Below are positions 55,987 through 64,000 of a DNA stretch of 64,000 nt, one piece after another. Under the pieces are notes generated by a model, which saw only the letters and a list, made by a program, of their open reading frames with translations, did not search any database and was not told where the DNA came from. This DNA comes from Eledone cirrhosa (taxonomy: Eukaryota). The stretch lies in the NCBI GenBank assembly GCA_964016885.1, contig OZ024743.1:263438001-263502000 (forward strand), given 5' to 3'. Within the stretch, counting starts at the first letter, position 1. Each line of letters opens with the position of its first letter. The position numbers and the translations under genes were made by a program.

Positions 55987-56199
55987 TGTGCCCATCAGTG
56001 TGCAATGCATGTGTGCGTTTATGTATGTGTGTGTGTCGGCACGTTTATATCTGTAGACATCAAAAGGTATGCAAATTTGTGTATATTTGTGTTGCACCAG
56101 AGAACATGTGTGTTTACGCATGTCATTGTGTTTATATGTGGGTAGAGATGTATGCTGATGTAGGTATGTATGTTGACGTGTGTATGTTGTGGGTTCGTC

Positions 56200-58460
56200 T
56201 TAGGGAGAAGTGTTTAGACGGGGTCCGTATTTGTTAATAAAGTAAGATTCCTTGTTGATGCGCTGGGTGTGGGTGGCATTATCTTTAAATTTGTAGAGGG
56301 GAAAGATTCTGAAGTTGGGATGATTTTGGGCGGCACAGGTATCAATGTGTTCACTCAGTGGTATTTTCCTGTATTCCCGTATTTTAATTTGGGATCTATG
56401 GACCGTCATGCGTTGGCGGAGGCTGCTTTTGGTCTGGCCTATGTATTGTTCTCGACAACCTGAGCAAGTTAATACATATATTAGATTTTCTGATGCGGAT
56501 GTGAAATTATGTTTTACTATAAAACGTTGTCCTTCTTTGAAATAGAATTCCGAACCCTCTATTAGGTTGATGCTTATGCCACAGTTGGGTCTATCGCATT
56601 TTTTTTTACTGTGGGTTTCGTTGTTGTGGTTGGCAGTACTTTGGCATGTGTTAGGATGTTTTTCATTGACTTAGATTGTCTTTTGCTCTTTATGATATCG
56701 TGTGTTCGTAGGATTTGGTTCATTCTATGGTCCTTTTTCAACACAGGGATGTTCTGGAGGATGGTGTCAAAGGCCTCATTGTTGAGAGGGTTGTGTGTGG
56801 AGATGTATGGAAGAGCTTTTAGTTTCGGTTGATTTACTTTAGGATGTCTAAGGTCCTGGGTACTGAGTTTTAGGGCACGTTGGATTCCATTATCAATTAG
56901 TGATGCAGGGTAGTCCCTGCCTATGAGTGTGTCCTTTAGTTCTTGTAGCCGTATGTAGCAGGTGTTTTTATTGGAGACTATAGTACAGATTCTCTTGGCT
57001 AAGTTGTAGGGAATATTAATTTTAACGTGTCTAGGGTGGCAAGAGTTGAAAGGAAGATATTGCTTGGAGTCTGTGGGCTTGTAGTATATGTCTGTTTCTA
57101 TTTTTTTGTTATGGATCTTAATGAGGTGGTCGAGGAAAGGGAGTTGTTGATGGCTGTATTCCATCGTGAAGTTAATATTCGTGTTGAGCCCATTTATAAG
57201 GGTGTGAAATTCTTTAAGTTTCTCGATGTTTTCGTGCCAAAGGATGAAGCAGTCATCTAGATATCGCTTCCAGTTCCTTTCTATGTGTAAGTGGAGAGTG
57301 TTTCCAAATTTGTTTAGGACTTTAGTGTAGAGGGTGATTTCCAGGTATCCCATGACTAGGTTGGTATAAGTGGGGGCTGTTTTCGTTCCCATAGCGGTTC
57401 CAGATTTCTGCCTGTAGGGTTTGTTATTGAAAACGAAGTAATTGTTCTCCAAGATAAATTTGAGTCCCTCTATCACGAATTCTTTTTTGATGCGTTGTGG
57501 GAGTTCATTGTGGTAATTATCCAGCCAGAATTGGATAGCTTCTATTCCTAGGTTGTGGGTGATGTTGGAGTATAGGTTGACTACATCGAACGTCACTAGT
57601 AGGGTTTGTTCAGAAAGGGGCATATTAGGGAGGTGATTGAGCATATCTAGGTCGTCCCTTATATAGCTTTTGATGAGTTTGAGAAAAGCCTTGAGAAGGG
57701 TATCAATGAAGTTGCTAAGGCGGTGGGTTTCGCTAGCGGGGCCTGCTATTATAGGTCTTAATTTGAGATCATTGGGTGAGGGGACAGTGATGACTATGTC
57801 TGTGGCTTCCTTGCATGCCTTACTTATTAATTCGCTTTTATGTACTTTAGGGATACCGTAGAAAAGGCTGGATTTACTTGTGAAGTCTGTGATGAAGCTG
57901 AATTCCTTGTTAGTGAGTCCTTCTTTGTATTGGTTGATCAGAGTTTTTAGGTTTCTCATAATTTTCTGTTGATTGTAGTGTTCAGCCTTTTGGTAGTATG
58001 TTTCGTTTTCCAAAGTGGAGAGCGCTAAGTTGATATAGAATTCTGTCTCCATTAGGACTACTGTACTCCCTTTACCAGCCTCTTTAATTGTAATGGTTCT
58101 GTCGGTTTTTAATCTATTTAATTCTTCCCATTCTTTCTTGTTGAGGTTTGGCTTGTGTTTTTCTCTGTGCAAGTGTTGGTAAGGGAAGTTTGTGATGTGT
58201 TCACAGAATTCGTCTAGGATTTTATTTCTACCTTTTGATGGGGTGTAATTGCTTCTATTTCTGGCTAATGATTCATCATCATTGTACTGGTCGAATAGTT
58301 CTTCACTGAGTCGTAACTTTCTACAGAAGTCTGTGATGTCTTCCTTCATTTCATAGTAGTTAGGACGTAGTGAGGTCGGTGTGAATTTAAGACCTTTGGA
58401 GAGTAAGTTGATAAGGTAGGGTGTTGGTTCTGCACTAGTTAGATTGATAATTTTTATTAC
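56200..58460 (-). pseudogene. PLE reverse transcriptase (591-aa frame 56574-58349) plus frameshifted GIY-YIG endonuclease
   Basis: LLSKGLKFTPT, FYGIPKVHK, LRPII, FDVVNLYSNI, GTAMGT, RYLDD, LPFLD, YYKPTD; then NLIYVLTCSGCREQYIGQT..LRQRMTVH...KESYFI..LN. Confidence 0.92.
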
Positions 58461-59720
58461 TATCGGTTTCTCCTCCCTGTCTTGTGTTATTTTGTTTGCC
58501 TGTATCTGTGTGCTGTGTCTAAAAAATGGTTGGGGTAGAGGGGTTGTCTGTTGATGTTAAGTGGTCTCCTGTGTTTGTTATATTCCTTGTTGTTTTAAAA
58601 TGTGGTTCGAGTTGGTGGTTGTAGATTGAATGGGGTGTTCCTGTACTGCGAGTATGGGTGTGTGTTTCTATGTGCCATGTTGGATTGTGGTGTTATAGGT
58701 GGCCTACGTTGTTGGTTGTATCGTGTGGTGTGGGTTTGTTGTGTATTGTGGAAGCGAGAGTTGAGAAAATGGAAATTACCTTGCTGTCCCCTTGAAGCGG
58801 GGAAGTTGTTACATCTATCATGGTGGTGGTATCTTTTCCCTATGTTTGACGATGAGGCATCCGCGTAGTAGTTGAGTGATTTGGTATGGTGTCTCCTTGA
58901 AGGGGGAAAGTTGTAAATGTCATTCTGGGGGAGATGATTTCTAGGGTTTTTGTTCCTTCTTATGGTAGCGAGGTTAGGAAGTTCATCTTCGGTGTGGTGC
59001 TTCCTTCTTCGTTTGTTAGTGGCTTGGGGGTTTGCGAAGTTGTTGTGCGGTTCAGTTATGGGTTTTACTATTTTTATGAACGGGTTATTGGAGGTGTAAT
59101 CCGTTTAAAAGTCGATTCATAGTGTAGGAACCAAGCGGCACTTTTTTCCCAGCGTTGAAGGGATTTCAGTTCTTCTCTGTTGCAGTCCCCTTTCTATAAT
59201 TTGGAGATCTTCTCTACCTTGGGGCCTTCAGTTTTATTGTTGATTTCCAGGAGGATCTCTTCATCGATGGTTTTGATTTTTTCCTCATTTGTCTGGGCCC
59301 TCAATTTAAGAAGTTCAATTTCTTTAACATTCACATGACCTCTACAGACCAATCAAAATTGTTTTGACCACAAGAATTTTTGCAACACGAATTGGCGCAA
59401 ATCTTATTTTAACACCGCTGGAGCCACTTTTTAACATAAAAACAGGTAGAATTTCCAAAACTAATCAGATTAGAGCAAACATCACGGACGCTCTATCTCA
59501 AAATTATTTTTGAAAAGCATTAGAAATGCGCAACCGGTAAAACTTAAAACCAAAACTGAATACTAACCAATACTATTACTAATTCTCACATATTCCTAAT
59601 TAAACTATTTTTCACTGCGAACAACTTGTCAGCATTTTCTTTTCGGTTTACCAATATATATATATATATATATTTTATATATATAAATTTTATCTAATAA
59701 TTCTAAGGTCATGATTTATG

Positions 59721-59788
<68 letters not shown>

Positions 59789-59864
59789 CAATGGAATCGT
59801 GGTAAGGAACCAGATGCACCATAACGCCCCAGAGTACTCAATACTTAGGGTAGTAGAGTGGAAA

Positions 59865-59991
59865 ATAGGAAAAAGTATGACCCCGGCGGCAGAGCTCAAG
59901 CCGTTTCGACGGCTATTTCTGGACACATTTCAGTCCAGAAAAAGCCGTCGAAACGGCTTGAGCTCTGCCGCCGGGGTCATACTTTTTCCTA
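59865..59991. repeat. Near-perfect ~127-bp hairpin element
   Basis: ataggaaaaagtatgaccccggcggcagagctcaagccgtttcgacggct..tctggac / gtccaga..agccgtcgaaacggcttgagctctgccgccggggtcatactttttcctat. Confidence 0.9.
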
Positions 59992-60711
59992 TATATATAT
60001 ATATAATATATATATATATGTTTGTGTGTGTATGTGTGTATGTGTGTATGTATAAAAACAAAAGTACGAATAATGAAGAAGGTTTTTGTTTCTGAATGTA
60101 GATAAAAGCCGGAATTAAGTTAACCAAATTCATGTGATGGTATCTATTTCACATTCACGATAATCATGTAGCTTTCTTGGTGTGTACACCTTTAAGAAAC
60201 TGTGCAGTCTCTAAAAATAACCATTGTCTATACAACTCAAGGAAAAATATAAAATCGATTCCTACAGACATTTAACTTCAAAAGTGCACGTTCTATTTCT
60301 TGTTTATTCAGCAGTCATCTAAGGAGTAAGACTAAAATTTTTGCTTGAAAATCAATCTTGTAGAAAAATACCGTGTGATTCTTTTTCATTTCTTCATGTA
60401 TAAATGTGTATTACAAGAATTAATTTCGAATTAAGCTAAATCCAGTTTGATGCAATAGAATGAATAGCTTGTTGGTATCGTACATATGTAAACATAGTTA
60501 TGGGAGATTAAGGAAAACATACAAAATCAAAAGTTCTTATCAAGCAAAGAGTAGTCACTGAAGCATTCAGAAAGATAAATGAACTTCTATTCATTTGAGT
60601 ACAGTAATATAAGGGTTACTTTTACTGTAAGCATCAAACAAACTTCATCAAAGACAGCGTCTTGCTAACTAAATCGGTAGAAAGATATAAAAGGAAATGG
60701 ATTCAGACAGA

Positions 60712-60882
60712 AGATAAAATGATTTACAGTTGTGTGTTAGACTTACCATATTGCTGCTTCTCATCATGCACTAAAATCTTGGAGGGCAATACAAATATGT
60801 TATCGGAAAAAAGACAACATAAGTATATACATGCGTGCATACATACATACTTAAACACATACATACATACATGCAAACATGA

Positions 60883-60913
<31 letters not shown>

Positions 60914-60925
60914 GGTATATATATG

Positions 60926-60985
<60 letters not shown>

Positions 60986-61096
60986 ACCATATGTGATCTT
61001 TCCAATGACATATTTGTATTGCTCTCCAAGGTTTCCGTGCATGATGAGAGACAGCAATGATGTGATTGAAACACACAAGTATAAATCATTTTATCT
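60712..61096. repeat. Diverged inverted repeat (~105-bp arms) around microsatellite
   Basis: agataaaatgattta...caatacaaatatgt mirrored by acatatttgtattg...taaatcattttatct. Confidence 0.7.
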
Positions 61097-61314
61097 CTCT
61101 CTATGTATGTATGTATGTATGTATGTATGTATGTATGTATGTATGTATGTATGTATGTATGTATGTATGTATGTATGTATGCATGCATGTATGCTTGTAT
61201 GCATGTAACTATGTATCCGTCTATCTCACTCTCTCTCTATATATATATATACACTCACACTTATATATATATATATATACGGGATAACAAATTATTGTTA
61301 TAGGTAGTCCTCTC

Positions 61315-61578
61315 TAGATTTATATTGTTGTAGTGTTGTGCAATGTAATTTGTCCTAGGTATCTGTCCATGGTGAGGCCGACGGGAATATATATATATAT
61401 ATTAGAAAGTGAGGTTTTTTTTACAAAATGAAAAATAACCGAGGTGTCCTACACGAGTGAAAGTATAACGAAAAAGTGATGAAATCGAAAATGCAACTGG
61501 AGTCTTATTTTTTTTTTAAATATATATATTTAAAAAAAAAATAAGACTCCAGTTGCATTTTCGATTTCATCTCTTTTT

Positions 61579-61643
<65 letters not shown>

Positions 61644-61725
61644 TATCACAGATTAATCTACGGGCTTATGTGTACTTATATATATAACCCTTATCGAGTC
61701 CTCTCTGGAGTGTGATCTTTGTATT

Positions 61726-61787
<62 letters not shown>

Positions 61788-62137
61788 ATACCATATATAT
61801 ATATGATAGAATTATAAAGATATGCACCATTGCAGAGCTCGTCTCTATGTAGTATATTCAGACCGCCTGCGAGGTCACAGAATGTCAAAACTGTTTCTTT
61901 TCTACTCCTTTATCTAAGATCTACTCAGTTTGCTTAATCCCATGTATCTCTGGAAAAATTGGATCAATTCACTGAAAAAATAATGAAACACATAAATTAA
62001 TCATCTATTTTGAAAAGGTTTCTCTACAATATATATGTTATCGACTACGGCTTTCCTCCCTAGATTTATATTGTGTGGTGTTGTGCAATGTAATTTTTCC
62101 TAGGTATCTGTCCATGGTGAGGCCGACGGGAATATAT
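61315..62137. repeat. ~75-bp direct repeat (period ~745) enclosing a ~105-bp palindrome at 61472-61578
   Basis: tagatttatattg...gaggccgacgggaatatat occurs twice. gatgaaatcgaaaatgcaactggagtcttat is mirrored around (TA)n at ~61525. Confidence 0.75.
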
Positions 62138-63793
62138 CATACTTGTATAGCGCGAATAAAAGCTGCGGCTAAGCTATAAAAAGTTCTATATCTGCAAACG
62201 AATATATAAATCACAATCTATCACGTGTTCTATTTATTATGAAAACAATATTCACAGCATGGCACAACATTACAACAAAAATTAAACACCATAAACTAAT
62301 CATGAATAAATATAAACACCTCGCCAATGAATTATAATTTTATCGGTCAAATTTCAAATTCCAGTGTTAATACCTATAACAACCACATTGACAGCAACAC
62401 ACGCCAAAATTTCTTCATCCTGAAGATGGGAGTATAAAGGATTAAAATGGTTGATTGATGACTTAAGAAATTCACTGTTTCATTCTAACTAAAATAGCTC
62501 ATACAAAAAATCAAATAACCCTGACAAAAATGCTAAAGCCAGAACACAGTCGTGTGTTCGATACAACACCCAAAAGAAAAGTTATTACTCCATATAAACC
62601 TTTGTTGTCCCGTTGTTCTTTAAGTTTAGGCTAAACTAAATCAGGCAGCAAATCTACGATAACAGGCATTTCAGGTTGAGTGTTTCTTTTTAACGATAGT
62701 GTTTCCAATCTTTCATTACAGAACTGTCAACTCTCCCCGTCCGACGGGAAGATTCCCCATCCAGTTTGGGTGGGTGAGAGATGTGTTGTGAAAATGGGTG
62801 TAGCTTGCATTATGTAAAATCTCCCCATTTTGCCTCATTTCTCCCAGTTTTGGAGCCCTTTTTCCATAGTACCATTATGATGAGTTGTTATTTTGCTGTT
62901 GTTTCTAGCTAGTCGAACGATTACGGAGAAGTTGCTTTTATGGCTACTGTTTCGTTTTGAGGTTTTACTTTTAAATAACCCCAGGTAATCTTTTATTGAG
63001 CAGACATATGATTAAACTCATTCCATCCATGATCATCATATATTTTATTTAGAAATAACGTTGTATCCAGGATTACATTACCCTATGTGCCCCTCCCATT
63101 TTTTAAACAGAAGTGGTTTATTAATTCTACATGATAAATATGTTTCTTTCTAGCGCTACAGTTCTTCAACTTTTTCTAAAGGCAGGACATATTTTAAAAA
63201 ATATGGAGACACTTCAAATTAATTTTAATTTAGCAGAATAAGTTCACAGATCAGCACTACGGCCATCAAATTTACGATTTTTATATGTATTTTATTCGCT
63301 GCATTTTCTTTTACTTTTTAATGTTTTTGAAAATTTAACTCAATTTCGGGCATGCATTTCCTTGTTAAACTAATCATTGATTTATTACCTCCCTTGCCTT
63401 CATATTCTGAAACGTAAAACGTTATCTTTTTCTTTTACATAAGATTTTAAGAATATGCACAGCATTAATAAAGCCCTTCTTAAACTACTCTGTCGTACAA
63501 ATTCCTTGGCACAACTCTAAACGATTCATTTATATCATAGTATGTGTCACTTAAAAAAGAAAATGGTTCCTAATATTTAAATCAGTTACAACAGCATTGT
63601 ATATCATCATTATGCTTGAAACTGACAGAATTAAGCACACTTAATTCGCTTAAATTTTATTAGAATGCCATAAAAACCTTATGATTTATTTAGTAATTCA
63701 AATGGATTACTGGCAAGAATTGTTTCTTCTTCTTCTTCTTCTTCTTCTGCTTCTTCTTATTTTCCTCCTCCTTCTTCTCCCCCCACTCCTCCC

Positions 63794-63839
<46 letters not shown>

Positions 63840-64000
63840 GAATGCCATGGTTGACGGAGGCTCGGCTCTGTAAGGTATAGTAAATTTTAACCGCTATAAC
63901 AATTGTAAATTGTTTAAAACTTTAACCAAATTGTAGACAAAAATACCCTTCTCCTCGTGAGAGGGGTCTTTCTGCCCGTTATTTGGCTCTTCGGAGTTAA
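63840..64000 (+). mobile_element. Possible 5'UTR of a further Tx1 element running off the window
   Basis: Begins right after (CTT)n..(ATT)n, as copy D does. AT-rich with GC hairpins (ccttctc-ctcgt-gagagg), like the other 5'UTRs. No ORF is visible yet. Confidence 0.35.

Larger units (their letters stand above)
54764..59658 (-). mobile_element. Penelope-like element (Neptune type) with ~345-bp inverted termini
   Basis: 54764-55112 mirrors 59315-59658. The interior encodes RT plus GIY-YIG, and the ends lie in or near (TA)n. Confidence 0.9.

Noticed and set aside
55700-55990. Repeat-spacer-like pattern suggesting CRISPR
   Set aside because: The intervening segments are themselves repeats, the context is eukaryotic and there are no cas genes.
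62300-63700. Unique-looking sequence as possible host exons
   Set aside because: No long ORF or recognisable motif on either strand by eye; short exons cannot be excluded without RNA data.

Overview
Eukaryotic, microsatellite-rich, repeat-dominated window. The organism is most likely a cephalopod such as Octopus; this is an inference from the (AT)n/(AC)n/(ATT)n/(ATGT)n load and the SINE type. No host protein-coding gene, rRNA, tRNA or CRISPR array could be supported. The 9-38 kb block is a nest of non-LTR retrotransposons: four diverged L1/Tx1-clade elements (one nested in another, two with nearly intact ORF2), an R4/Dong-like element and an RTE element. A fifth, 5'-truncated Tx1 copy lies at 42.7 kb. 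The flanks (0-8 kb, 39 kb, 50-62 kb) are filled with Penelope-like elements and their short non-coding derivatives, mostly in (TA)n. Two main signals stand out. (1) About a dozen minimal type I hammerhead ribozyme motifs, intact or degenerate, sit mostly in fold-back cassettes with the same outward polarity. In the 1.4-kb palindrome the fold-back point lies 7 nt downstream of the predicted self-cleavage site. (2) All four two-ORF Tx1 elements carry a perfect AG|GTAAGT splice-donor motif at the end of ORF1, plus conserved 5' and 3' UTR stem-loops, and they split into (ATT)n- and (TATC)n-associated groups. Coordinates were read by eye and element boundaries may be off by a few bases.
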